Shown here: in pieces, positions 9,050 to 17,699 of the stretch | Layout of the letters: each line of letters starts with the position of its first letter | How positions within the stretch are numbered: position 1 is the stretch's first letter | DNA from: an uncultured virus (IMG/VR IMGVR_UViG_3300009071_002060) | Lineage: Duplodnaviria > Heunggongvirae > Uroviricota > Caudoviricetes | Virus record (IMG/VR): IMGVR_UViG_3300009071_002060 | Location: 62,001 to 116,711 of that record | Direction: 5' to 3' (one strand) | DNA: 54,711 nt | Made by a program: the position numbers and the translations under genes | The notes under the pieces: generated by a model | Told to the model about the DNA's origin: nothing | Database searches by the model: none | The model's input: only the letters and a program-made list of their open reading frames with translations

Positions 9050-12000
9050 AAATCAAAGAACTCAAGATAGACAAACCAGTTGATAGCAACTGGGGCATTC
9101 CTCGTTCACAAATGCCTCAGATACAAACCAACGACTATCCTGCGTTCCTTGACTACCTAGATTCGCATGGTGTTAATTTTGTAAAAGATACTGTTCCAGC
9201 ACACTCATTAAAACCTATACAAGGCGAATTTAGTGATAAAGGTGTTGAGAAAGCACTAGCTAAACGTAAACTTGATAAACCTTGTATTGTTAGCAGTGAT
9301 GGTCATATCATTGACGGACACCACAGGTGGTTGGCGGCACTTAACACAAAGCAAAACGTTAGTGTATACAAAGCTGATATACCAGCACACGATTTATTAA
9401 AGTTAGTAAACGATTTTCCTAAAGTGTATTACAAAAACATATACACTGAAAGTGATGTTAACTATGTTAAACCACAGTTTGATGTAGAATGGGAAGAAGC
9501 AAATCGTTATAACTACTTTGACAAACTAGGACAAGCAGGTTGGGAAGAACTTGCAAGTAAAGGAAAAGTTGTAAAAGTTAATACAAATAGTGTAAAGAAA
9601 ATAGGCAATACAGGTGCAGACGGAAGCGAATCATTAGATGATTTAGAAACAGATAAAGTTGCAAGATTAAAAAAAGCAATGGCCAGCGGTACAGTTGAAA
9701 TGCCAATAGTTGTTAAACAACCAAATGGAAGTTTAGATTTGGTTGCAGGAAACACTAGACTAATAGGACTTATAAGCACACAAGGTGAAGCAAAAGTTTG
9801 GTTAGTGGATGCAAGTAAGTTAGAAGAAAACTTTGCAGACGGTAAAGTAAAAGGTAAAAGTAGACCAGGACGAGTTAAAAAGTCCGGTGCTAGTTGTAAT
9901 GGATCAGTAACAAGTCTTAGAGCCAAAGCAAAAAAAGCAAGTGGCGAAAAAGCAAAAATGTATCATTGGTGTGCTAACATGAAATCAGGAAAGAAGAAAG
10001 CCAAGAAAGAATCAGTGGAATCAGACAACATAATATCTGATGAAGTTCGTGTACTTGGAAAACTGTTTACCAAAAACGGATACGAAATAAGAGTGGTAGG
10101 TGGTGCAGTTAGAGATGTAGCACTTGGAAAAGAACCAAAAGACATTGATTTAGCTACAGATGCAACACCAACAGAGATGCAAGCCATGTTTGATAAGGCT
10201 AACCTTAAACATATACCTACAGGCATAGAACACGGTACAATTAGTGTTATAATTGACAAAGAACCCTACGAAATTACCACCTTAAGGGCAGATAAAGAGA
10301 CTGACGGACGACATGCTGAAGTAGAGTTTGTTCGTAGTTGGGAACAAGATGCTGAACGTAGAGACTTAACATACAATGCAATGAGCATGGACATGGATGG
10401 TAAAATTCATGACTACTTTAATGGCATGGATGATCTACAAGATAAAGTAAGTCGTTTTGTTGGTGATCCTACTAAACGTATACAAGAAGATTATCTACGT
10501 ATATTACGATACTTTCGTTTTCAAGCAAGGCTAGACAAACCAAAGTTTGACAAAGAAGCAATTGATGCTATTAGCAAAGAAGCAAAAGGACTTAAACAAA
10601 TAAGTGCCGAACGTGTATGGATGGAAATATCAAAGTTATTGATTGCACCAAGTGCAATACCAGTGCTAAAGCAAATGGGAGAAACTGGCGTAGCTGATGT
10701 TATTGGATTAGATGTTAGCAATGCTAACAGTGTTAAATTTGATAATCCTATTATGAATCTAGCAATGTTATCAGATGATGTTGGTATTGGTGCTAAGTGG
10801 AAAATGTCCAACGACAACAAAACTGAATTAGCATTTTATATAGCACACAAAAATAAAAAATTAAGTCAACAAGATGTTGAGGATATGATCAGTGATGGAG
10901 CGCCTGCAACCTACTTAGCAAATGTTCTAAAGATACAAGGGCAAGATCCAAATTGGGCTAAGGCACAAGTTCCGCAATTTCCTGTAACAGGTAAAGACTT
11001 GATTAATTTTGGAATTAAACCTGGTCCAAACATGGGTAAGATGCTTGATGTATTAAAACAGCAATGGAAGAAATCACGTTTTACAGCCAGCAAAGAAGAT
11101 TTATTAAACACATTAAAGGAATCATTGATTAATCCTGATCCAAAATTACCAAATCTTAAAGAACCAAAAAAATTAAGCAAGTATTCAAAACGTAAAAAAG
11201 TGTTCAGTGATAATAAAGATAAACCTGAAAACGAGGAACCCGAAAACTCCACCGATAACATTGTTGAAGACCTATCAGCTAATGCAGAATTGTATGTAGA
11301 CATGGATGGTGTACTTGCGGACTTCTTTGGCGAGTGGGCAAAACTAATAGGTGTTGATAGCTGGCGTAATATTAAAAACATTGAACCAGCATTAGAGAAG
11401 ATCAGGCAACAAAAAGATTTCTGGATTAACTTGCCAATGACAAGCAATGCTCTACAATTATTAAGTGCTATTAAAGCATACAAAGGCAAGTATAACATAT
11501 TAAGTGCTCCGTTACCCGGTGATAAGAACTCTGAACCACAGAAACGTGCATGGATTAAAAAGAATTTAAGTTCTTTCCCGCCAGAAAAAATTATTATTGA
11601 TCATAACAAGGCCGCCTATGCAACCCAACCAGATGGAACACCAAATGGATTGATTGATGACTTTGGGCAAAATGTTAGTAAATGGGAAGCCGCAGGTGGA
11701 ATTGCTATTAAACATAATGATCTAAAAATAGATAGAACTATAAGCAAATTGGACAAAGAAACAAGTACACCTTCGTATAGTATAAACGAAGATGATGTTG
11801 AAGTAAGCATGTATGGTGATGCTGAAAAAGGTTATACACTAAGCAAAATTGTAGTACCAAAAGAATTACGTGGGACAGGTATTGGTTCCAAGAAGATGCG
11901 AGAGCTTGTTGATAAAGCAGATAACGAAGGCGCTATTATTGCACTCACACCAGACACAACGTTTGGAGCATCATCTAAAGGACGATTAATTAAATTTTAT

Positions 12001-12108
12001 AAAGGATTTGGATTTGTACCGAATGTAGGCCGTAACAAAGATTTTCGTTACAGGGAGACCATGATTCGTTACCCCAAGTCGAGTGGAGGTAAAGATAGCA
12101 CTCAATGA
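9046..12108 (+). CDS. multidomain polyprotein: ParB/Srx-like x2, basic Cys/His module, CCA-adding tRNA nucleotidyltransferase, HAD 5'(3')-deoxyribonucleotidase, GNAT acetyltransferase
   Basis: IIDGHHRW; LVAGNTRL; ENFADGK...C...HWC; VGGAVRD, DIDLAT, EITT, RRDLTYNAM, EDYLRILR; YVDMDGVLADF...LIDD; IVVPKELRGTGIGS...FYKGFGF. Confidence 0.9.
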   Translation: MKIKELKIDKPVDSNWGIPRSQMPQIQTNDYPAFLDYLDSHGVNFVKDTVPAHSLKPIQGEFSDKGVEKALAKRKLDKPCIVSSDGHIIDGHHRWLAALNTKQNVSVYKADIPAHDLLKLVNDFPKVYYKNIYTESDVNYVKPQFDVEWEEANRYNYFDKLGQAGWEELASKGKVVKVNTNSVKKIGNTGADGSESLDDLETDKVARLKKAMASGTVEMPIVVKQPNGSLDLVAGNTRLIGLISTQGEAKVWLVDASKLEENFADGKVKGKSRPGRVKKSGASCNGSVTSLRAKAKKASGEKAKMYHWCANMKSGKKKAKKESVESDNIISDEVRVLGKLFTKNGYEIRVVGGAVRDVALGKEPKDIDLATDATPTEMQAMFDKANLKHIPTGIEHGTISVIIDKEPYEITTLRADKETDGRHAEVEFVRSWEQDAERRDLTYNAMSMDMDGKIHDYFNGMDDLQDKVSRFVGDPTKRIQEDYLRILRYFRFQARLDKPKFDKEAIDAISKEAKGLKQISAERVWMEISKLLIAPSAIPVLKQMGETGVADVIGLDVSNANSVKFDNPIMNLAMLSDDVGIGAKWKMSNDNKTELAFYIAHKNKKLSQQDVEDMISDGAPATYLANVLKIQGQDPNWAKAQVPQFPVTGKDLINFGIKPGPNMGKMLDVLKQQWKKSRFTASKEDLLNTLKESLINPDPKLPNLKEPKKLSKYSKRKKVFSDNKDKPENEEPENSTDNIVEDLSANAELYVDMDGVLADFFGEWAKLIGVDSWRNIKNIEPALEKIRQQKDFWINLPMTSNALQLLSAIKAYKGKYNILSAPLPGDKNSEPQKRAWIKKNLSSFPPEKIIIDHNKAAYATQPDGTPNGLIDDFGQNVSKWEAAGGIAIKHNDLKIDRTISKLDKETSTPSYSINEDDVEVSMYGDAEKGYTLSKIVVPKELRGTGIGSKKMRELVDKADNEGAIIALTPDTTFGASSKGRLIKFYKGFGFVPNVGRNKDFRYRETMIRYPKSSGGKDSTQ

Positions 12109-12401
12109 AGTCCAGAAAAGTCTTACCTATTCTGATAGTAGCAATGCTAACAGGATGTGCTGGGCCACTGGAAATAGTAAATACCATAGGCTATTTCTTT
12201 GTGGATGGAGTTACAGAAGCCCAAACAGGAAAAGGGGTTATTGATAACGCAGTTAGCACGGTAGTTGGCAAAGACTGTAAAGTTAAAAACGTATTTAAGT
12301 CAAAGGAAAAACTCTGCATAGAGCAAAAAACAAATAAAAACCATGGAGAGGTTAATGGAGATAAAGACAATCAACGAAGCAATAGATCTATTGAAAGATA
12401 A
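12105..12401 (+). CDS. putative lipoprotein
   Basis: MKSRKVLPILIVAMLTGC lipobox. Confidence 0.7.
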   Translation: MKSRKVLPILIVAMLTGCAGPLEIVNTIGYFFVDGVTEAQTGKGVIDNAVSTVVGKDCKVKNVFKSKEKLCIEQKTNKNHGEVNGDKDNQRSNRSIER

Positions 12402-13143
12402 AGACTGGGATAATGAATTATGGTGTGATGCACTATTTGCACAAATTTCTCGTATTTCATATTTAGATGGTAAACCAGCTAAGAAAATATTCAAACAACT
12501 AGGATTTATTAAACATAAATTTATTGAAAATGATGGAGCACAAGCACATATCATCGAAGATGAATCCAATTTGGTTTTTGCATTCCGCGGAACTGAACCA
12601 ACACAATTTAATGATATAGCCGCTGACCTTAAAGCATGGAAAATGAAGAGTCGTACTGCTGGAAGAGTACATGATGGATTTTTTGATGAAACAAACAAGT
12701 TATGGCCAATGATTGAAAACTATCCAATTAATAAAAAGAAAATTTGGATTTGTGGGCATAGCCTTGGCGGTGCAATGGCAACGATATGTGCAACACGTTT
12801 ATGTTTAGCGTCGCCGATGTTATACACATATGGATCTCCGCGTGTGGGAGATAGAAGATGGTTAAAAAACAATAACAGTATTAATCATCATAGATTTGTT
12901 AATAACAATGACATAGTTCCTAAAGTACCTTTAGCAATGATGGGATTCAAACACCAAGGATTACAATGTTACATCAATTATTATGGTAATATACGACATC
13001 CAACTTTTTGGCAAAAAACCAAAGATCAATTTAGAGCTAGACGAAGAGCATGGAGTAAAGGAAAGCCGTTCAGCGGTTTTACTGATCACAGTATCAGTCG
13101 ATATTCACAAAAACTCTTAGATTTATATTTAAGTTCTGATTAA
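12343..13143 (+). CDS. class 3 lipase (alpha/beta hydrolase)
   Basis: AFRGT, VHDGF, GHSLGGA (GxSxG), TYGSPRVGD, NDIVP and DH. Confidence 0.9.
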   Translation: MERLMEIKTINEAIDLLKDKDWDNELWCDALFAQISRISYLDGKPAKKIFKQLGFIKHKFIENDGAQAHIIEDESNLVFAFRGTEPTQFNDIAADLKAWKMKSRTAGRVHDGFFDETNKLWPMIENYPINKKKIWICGHSLGGAMATICATRLCLASPMLYTYGSPRVGDRRWLKNNNSINHHRFVNNNDIVPKVPLAMMGFKHQGLQCYINYYGNIRHPTFWQKTKDQFRARRRAWSKGKPFSGFTDHSISRYSQKLLDLYLSSD

Positions 13144-13334
13144 GTCCAAGGTCTTCCGGGAACAAGACCGCCGGCATTGTCAACAACATTATTTCCGCTA
13201 TATTTAGATGGCAATAAGTCTCTGTTATAGGTGTCTCTGCGACCACTTGACGTACGATTAATTTTTGCTAAATCTAGTTTCGCAATCTGACGAAGTTCTT
13301 TGTTGGCTAGAGTGCTGATTCCGTTTGCGGCCAT
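13140..13334 (-). CDS. small hypothetical late protein
   Basis: AAGGAG SD and a perfect TATAAATA upstream on the minus strand (13358-13365). Confidence 0.75.
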   Translation of the reverse strand: MAANGISTLANKELRQIAKLDLAKINRTSSGRRDTYNRDLLPSKYSGNNVVDNAGGLVPGRPWT

Positions 13335-13408
13335 ATAATTTCTCCTTTTGTTAAATATATTTATAATAAGAGGTTGACAATGCGATTGATGTGTGTAATA
13401 CTGTGTTT

Positions 13409-13549
13409 ATGATTATAGAGCATTTTTTAATTCGAACTGACAAGCCAATGGACTTTGTTGTTATAGATACACGGACAAATCATGTGATTATGAAGACGTC
13501 CAGCCGTAATATTGCACTGAGAACCGTACAAAACTTGCTGAACTCTTAG
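13409..13549 (+). CDS. small hypothetical protein (46 aa), possibly leaderless
   Basis: Manually translated MIIEHFLIRTDKPMDF...; follows a TTGACA at 13374. Confidence 0.45.
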   Translation: MIIEHFLIRTDKPMDFVVIDTRTNHVIMKTSSRNIALRTVQNLLNS

Positions 13550-13584
13550 ATTTTCACAAAAAAGTGAAAAATCTGGTAGATTCT

Positions 13585-13639
13585 GGTTGACCTTTTGGGA
13601 AAATTGTCGTATAGTATATACACAATAAGAACTTAGGAG
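13585..13639 (+). promoter_or_regulatory. early promoter cassette copy 3
   Basis: GGTTGACCTTTTGGGAAAATTGTCGTATAGTATATACACAATAAGAACTTAGGAG. Confidence 0.85.
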
Positions 13640-13645
13640 AAGGTT

Positions 13646-13903
13646 ATGTACACAGTTGAAATTTACCGAGCAGACCGTCGCAAGAAAGAAGGCGAACGCC
13701 TTGTGCTCAAGAAGGACTACGACACTGACAACCGTTCAATGTTGGAGCACACGGTGAAGACCACCATGCAGAAGGGTGAGCGGTATGAGATCCACGAGAC
13801 CTTCGTAACGAAGAAAAGCCTAATGAACGGAAAAGAGTTTCAGGAGCGATATGACACTCCCTACTACTGTTCACCTAGTTCTGAAGCATACTGGAGCATG
13901 TAA
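13646..13903 (+). CDS. hypothetical early protein
   Basis: AGGAG SD; ends in DTPYYCSPSSEAYWSM. Confidence 0.8.
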   Translation: MYTVEIYRADRRKKEGERLVLKKDYDTDNRSMLEHTVKTTMQKGERYEIHETFVTKKSLMNGKEFQERYDTPYYCSPSSEAYWSM

Positions 13904-13904
13904 T

Positions 13905-14141
13905 ATGAAAAAGATCTCAGACAATTTCCACAACGAACTATGGGTAGGTATGAATGCCGCCCTAGCCAGAACAGAGAACTATTATAGTGATGGTGCTGTT
14001 AATTGGAGTTATGTAGATGCAGATGTGTATATGCATATGGCTAAACAGTATGATGTAAGGACTAGCAATAGCCTTAATGACAAGTATAGGAATCTATTTG
14101 AAGCGGCATGTGATACGATAGATGAGGGTATGGCAATATGA
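13905..14141 (+). CDS. hypothetical protein
   Basis: GGAG SD; ATG at 13905 in frame with the listed ORF. Confidence 0.7.
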   Translation: MKKISDNFHNELWVGMNAALARTENYYSDGAVNWSYVDADVYMHMAKQYDVRTSNSLNDKYRNLFEAACDTIDEGMAI

Positions 14142-14659
14142 AAGAAAATGAAGTTAAACCGTTGGCTCTAAGAGCCTTACAGTTTGCCACTGAAGCACAT
14201 GCATCAATTGGGCAGAAACGAAAGTATAGTGGGGAAGACTATATAGTACACCCCATCGAAGTTTCTGGACTAGTTAAAAAGTATGGCGGATCTGCTGAAA
14301 TGCAGGCCGCGGCTCTGTTGCATGATACAGTAGAAGATACTCCTGTTACCATTGGTGATATTAACAGTGAGTTTGGTCCTGTTGTGGCCAAATTGGTTGC
14401 TGATCTAACTGACATCAGTAAACCTGAAGATGGTAATCGTAAACTACGTAAATCCATGGATAGAGACCATACTGCTAATGCTAGTAGAGATGCTCAGATC
14501 ATCAAGTTGGCTGATTTAATCAGCAACACGGTAAGTATCAAGGCGGAAGACCCTAATTTTTGGAAAGTATACAAAGTAGAGAAAATTGCTTTGCTTGATG
14601 TTATGACCAAAGTTACAGATCATCCGTTGTACAAAATAGCATTGGAGCAAATCAAATGA
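14138..14659 (+). CDS. HD-domain (p)ppGpp hydrolase-like protein (Mesh1/small alarmone hydrolase type)
   Basis: AH..GQKRK..GEDYIVHP, AALLHDTVEDT, FG..VA.LV..LTD and IKLADLISN. Confidence 0.85.
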   Translation: MKENEVKPLALRALQFATEAHASIGQKRKYSGEDYIVHPIEVSGLVKKYGGSAEMQAAALLHDTVEDTPVTIGDINSEFGPVVAKLVADLTDISKPEDGNRKLRKSMDRDHTANASRDAQIIKLADLISNTVSIKAEDPNFWKVYKVEKIALLDVMTKVTDHPLYKIALEQIK

Positions 14660-14880
14660 CCTTGAACGAAGGCGATAAAATTATAGTTACTTGCACTGAT
14701 ACAAACAATTCTGTTGAAGGTGTTGTGCATAGACGCAACGGAAATACCCTATGGGTGCTGATCAATCCAGCAGTGCCTGCCATTGGAATGCACCTTACTC
14801 ACCCAGGATTCTATGTGGGCAAACAGGGCGGAATGGAGTTTACTGTGGGTAAACGTGAAAAAACTTCAAAAATTTCTTAA
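14656..14880 (+). CDS. hypothetical protein
   Basis: ATGA-coupled 74-aa ORF. Confidence 0.65.
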   Translation: MTLNEGDKIIVTCTDTNNSVEGVVHRRNGNTLWVLINPAVPAIGMHLTHPGFYVGKQGGMEFTVGKREKTSKIS

Positions 14881-14895
14881 AAAATGGTAAAAAAA

Positions 14896-14944
14896 GGTTG
14901 ACCTTTTGGGAAAGATGCCGTATACTACAAGAACAATAAGGAAA
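14896..14944 (+). promoter_or_regulatory. early promoter cassette copy 4
   Basis: Differs from copy 2 by one base over about 50 bp. Confidence 0.85.
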
Positions 14945-14961
14945 CGAAGGAAATAAGCGAA

Positions 14962-15306
14962 ATGACAATGACCCGCAAAGAACGTGAACTTAGTGATGCA
15001 AAAGCAAAATTTGAAGCTGGCGATCACGTTATTGAGAATGACGTTATTCTTTGGAAGTCAAACAACCGTTCGCCCATGGACGATTTGATGACGAATTGGT
15101 TGGAACTGGGTCTTATTTTGCAGGTTGAATTTGATGCAACCGAAAAAGCTCGGGACGCTCAAAACCAGGATTTCTTTGCACAATACCGACAAGCTCGTGC
15201 CAATCGCACCCCGGAGCAGATTGCTGAAGAACAGTTTGAAATGAGAGCCGCTTTTGGTTCTGGTACGGTAGTTAACATTATTACCGGAGAAAGGACGGTC
15301 CTCTAA
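14962..15306 (+). CDS. hypothetical early protein
   Basis: Directly behind a promoter cassette; ends in EMRAAFGSGTVVNIITG. Confidence 0.75.
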   Translation: MTMTRKERELSDAKAKFEAGDHVIENDVILWKSNNRSPMDDLMTNWLELGLILQVEFDATEKARDAQNQDFFAQYRQARANRTPEQIAEEQFEMRAAFGSGTVVNIITGERTVL

Positions 15307-15425
15307 TGACAATGGAACGAGGCATATTTTTGATAGGCGTTGCGGTATTAATCCACGTGCTATATCAAATTGGTTTAGACGTAGTTATTGGTGTTGAATA
15401 TTACGGCGACATCACTGGCTATTAA
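15306..15425 (+). CDS. small hydrophobic protein (39 aa)
   Basis: Manually translated MTMERGIFLIGVAVLIHVLYQIGL...; TAATG coupling. Confidence 0.5.
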   Translation: MTMERGIFLIGVAVLIHVLYQIGLDVVIGVEYYGDITGY

Positions 15426-15494
15426 AAAAAAATGGTTGACAAAATGGGCATACTATAGTATATTATGGTTATGCTAAGAGAAAGAGGTTTGAAG

Positions 15495-15626
15495 ATGAAG
15501 AGTTTTATTTTAGTATTTGGGTGTTTATTCATGCTTAATGCATGTGGAACAGTTGGAGGCGCAATTGATGGCGCGGGCGACGATCTAAAGCAGGCAGGAA
15601 AATGGGTAAAGCAAGTAGGAAAATAA
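15495..15626 (+). CDS. entericidin-like small lipoprotein (43 aa)
   Basis: Manually translated MKSFILVFGCLFMLNAC-GTVGGAIDGAGDDLKQAG...; GAGG SD; TTGACA promoter near 15436. Confidence 0.7.
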   Translation: MKSFILVFGCLFMLNACGTVGGAIDGAGDDLKQAGKWVKQVGK

Positions 15627-15649
15627 TTTACTGGATAAGGAGAGTTTTC

Positions 15650-15808
15650 ATGATGAAATTTATTATGGGAGTAGTAGTTGGTATCGCATTATCTACATGG
15701 GGTATTGAAGGATCTACCGCAATGGTGAAAAAAGGTATTGGCCTTGTGCAAGATGGAGCACAAACAGTACAAAGCACTATCACTTCATCTAAAGGCCTAA
15801 AAGACTAA
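15650..15808 (+). CDS. small membrane-anchored protein
   Basis: AAGGAG SD; MMKFIMGVVVGIAL. Confidence 0.65.
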   Translation: MMKFIMGVVVGIALSTWGIEGSTAMVKKGIGLVQDGAQTVQSTITSSKGLKD

Positions 15809-15898
15809 ATGGCTTTAACTAATTTTGGGAATGATCCCAGAACAACAGACGAATGCAATGAAGCATCGTCACAATCAACTAACTTTGGAGAATCAAAG

Positions 15899-16285
15899 AT
15901 GACTGACAAACTATACTCGATCGTTGGCGTTGCACTTACACCTTATGGATATAAGGTTCGTTTCGCTAATGACATGACCCGAATTAAGGTACTGTCTAAG
16001 ACTGATAGAAATATTGAGCTTTATAATATGCCGGAGCCTTCAACTAAAGCAGAAGCAGTAAAGTTTATTAAGACCAAGAAGGCTTATACTGACGAAACGT
16101 TTTTGGATTCAGACTCAGTCCGTGAAGCGATTGATAATGCAATCCTGAAATACAATGCGGTACGTGCAAAAGGCAAGCGAGTAACCGCTGGGCCTAGCAT
16201 GGCGTCACTTGTGGAAAGGGCTAATGCTCAAGCCGCTCAGACAGAGACTGTTCAGGTAGAAACTTCTGAAGCAGTGACTGAGTAA
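15899..16285 (+). CDS. hypothetical protein
   Basis: GGAG SD before ATG 15899 (MTDKLYSIVGV...KVRFAND); followed by a terminator. Confidence 0.75.
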   Translation: MTDKLYSIVGVALTPYGYKVRFANDMTRIKVLSKTDRNIELYNMPEPSTKAEAVKFIKTKKAYTDETFLDSDSVREAIDNAILKYNAVRAKGKRVTAGPSMASLVERANAQAAQTETVQVETSEAVTE

Positions 16286-16300
16286 ATACTCCTGCATTGG

Positions 16301-16330
16301 GAGAAAAGGACCTTCGGGTCCTTTTCTTTT
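16301..16330 (+). terminator. intrinsic terminator with a cUUCGg tetraloop
   Basis: GAGAAAAGGAC-CTTCGG-GTCCTTTTCTTTT. Confidence 0.9.
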
Positions 16331-16362
16331 GAGTGTCGTGTCAATAGGCATTAAATAGCAGT

Positions 16363-17670
16363 ATGTTAGAACTACTGTTAATTGGTATACTAGGACTAGT
16401 TGTTGGAATGGCACTAGGACTGTTTAGTGTTTTTCCTATATATTTTGCAGGCTTTGTTGTGTATGCATTACACACGGCTTGGACACCTGAGTTGTTATTG
16501 GTGTTTTGGGCTACAGCCGCTATTGGAAGTCAGTTCTTTGGAAGTGTTAGTACAATCACACTGGGTATACCTGGAGAAGCAAGTGCCTTAGTATGGATCA
16601 AAGACCTCAAAGGCATGAGTTTACAAGAACGAAACTATTTGCTATACCATACTGCTAAAGGTAGTTTGTTTGCAGGATTAATAGCTCTAGGTGTTGTGTG
16701 GTTAGCCTATCATTGGGTAAGTGCTTACAGTTACTTTCTATCAAGCGTCAATTTTGTATTAGCAATGTTCCTGTTGGTTATTGCACTATTTGCATTTACC
16801 GATCGTAAACCTTTAATAGCAATTGGTTTGTTATGTTTGGGTACGTTCTTAGGCCCTGTTAATAACTTTGCATTGCCACCCTGGTGGTATCATGTGCAAC
16901 TTTGGTTTGAAAATACCAGCTTCTTTATGCTTATTGCAAGTATGATGTTGATACCAGATCTAATAATGGACAGAGCTAACTTTAAACATATAAAAACAGA
17001 TCATTTTGAACCCAGTGATAACGACGAACGAACATGGTGGACTATATCTAAGAGTACCGTTATTGGTTTATTCAGCGGATTGGTACCAGGACCAGCGGCT
17101 GAAACTGCTAGTGCATTGGCATACCATGCTCACAAAAAGAAAGGTAGATTCCATCAGATTGTTGGTGCCGAAACTGCTAACAATCCCGGAGTGGTAATGA
17201 TGTTACTTCCTTTCTTTGCAATGGGTTTACCAATTACTGCTAGTGCTTTGATTATATCAACAGTACTAGATGTTAAGAACGTCGATCCTGTAGAATTTGT
17301 AGCAAGTGCATCATCAGTCATTCCAAGTTTCAGTGTATTTGATGTTATCATAATGGTAGCTTCAATTGCTACAGTATTTTATTATCTACTCAGCACTCGC
17401 TTTATTGATCTGTACGTAAACATTGTAAAATTCTTATACAGTAAGAGTGCTTACTTGTTGGTCATTATTGTGTTTGCAATGATAATAGCAGATATGAGTG
17501 TTAACGAAACGCCAGTCTGGCTTTACTCAATCTTACTACTTTTTTTTACCGTCGGCGGTATCTTGCTTAAATACTTCAGTATTAATCCTATCCTGTTTAT
17601 ATTTGGAACAATGTTCGGCGATAAACTAATTTGGACACTCATGCAGTTTACATCAATAAACTTTTCATAA
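16363..17670 (+). CDS. tripartite tricarboxylate transporter TctA-like permease
   Basis: Polytopic hydrophobic protein; GSVSTITLGIPGEASA, GLVPG, ETANN and GLPITAS repeats typical of TctA; TAAATA-N5-ATG start. Confidence 0.8.
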   Translation: MLELLLIGILGLVVGMALGLFSVFPIYFAGFVVYALHTAWTPELLLVFWATAAIGSQFFGSVSTITLGIPGEASALVWIKDLKGMSLQERNYLLYHTAKGSLFAGLIALGVVWLAYHWVSAYSYFLSSVNFVLAMFLLVIALFAFTDRKPLIAIGLLCLGTFLGPVNNFALPPWWYHVQLWFENTSFFMLIASMMLIPDLIMDRANFKHIKTDHFEPSDNDERTWWTISKSTVIGLFSGLVPGPAAETASALAYHAHKKKGRFHQIVGAETANNPGVVMMLLPFFAMGLPITASALIISTVLDVKNVDPVEFVASASSVIPSFSVFDVIIMVASIATVFYYLLSTRFIDLYVNIVKFLYSKSAYLLVIIVFAMIIADMSVNETPVWLYSILLLFFTVGGILLKYFSINPILFIFGTMFGDKLIWTLMQFTSINFS

Positions 17671-17699
17671 ACATCAACAATTTAAGGAGATAAAATCTT

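Noticed and set aside
9513..11810. Antisense ORFs within the polyprotein gene
   Set aside because: Reverse-frame shadows due to codon bias; no recognisable motifs.
4165..14944. Near-identical ~50-bp repeats as CRISPR repeats or att sites
   Set aside because: They are dispersed kilobases apart with no regular spacers, no cas or integrase gene is present, and each contains -35/-10/SD elements, so they are promoter cassettes.
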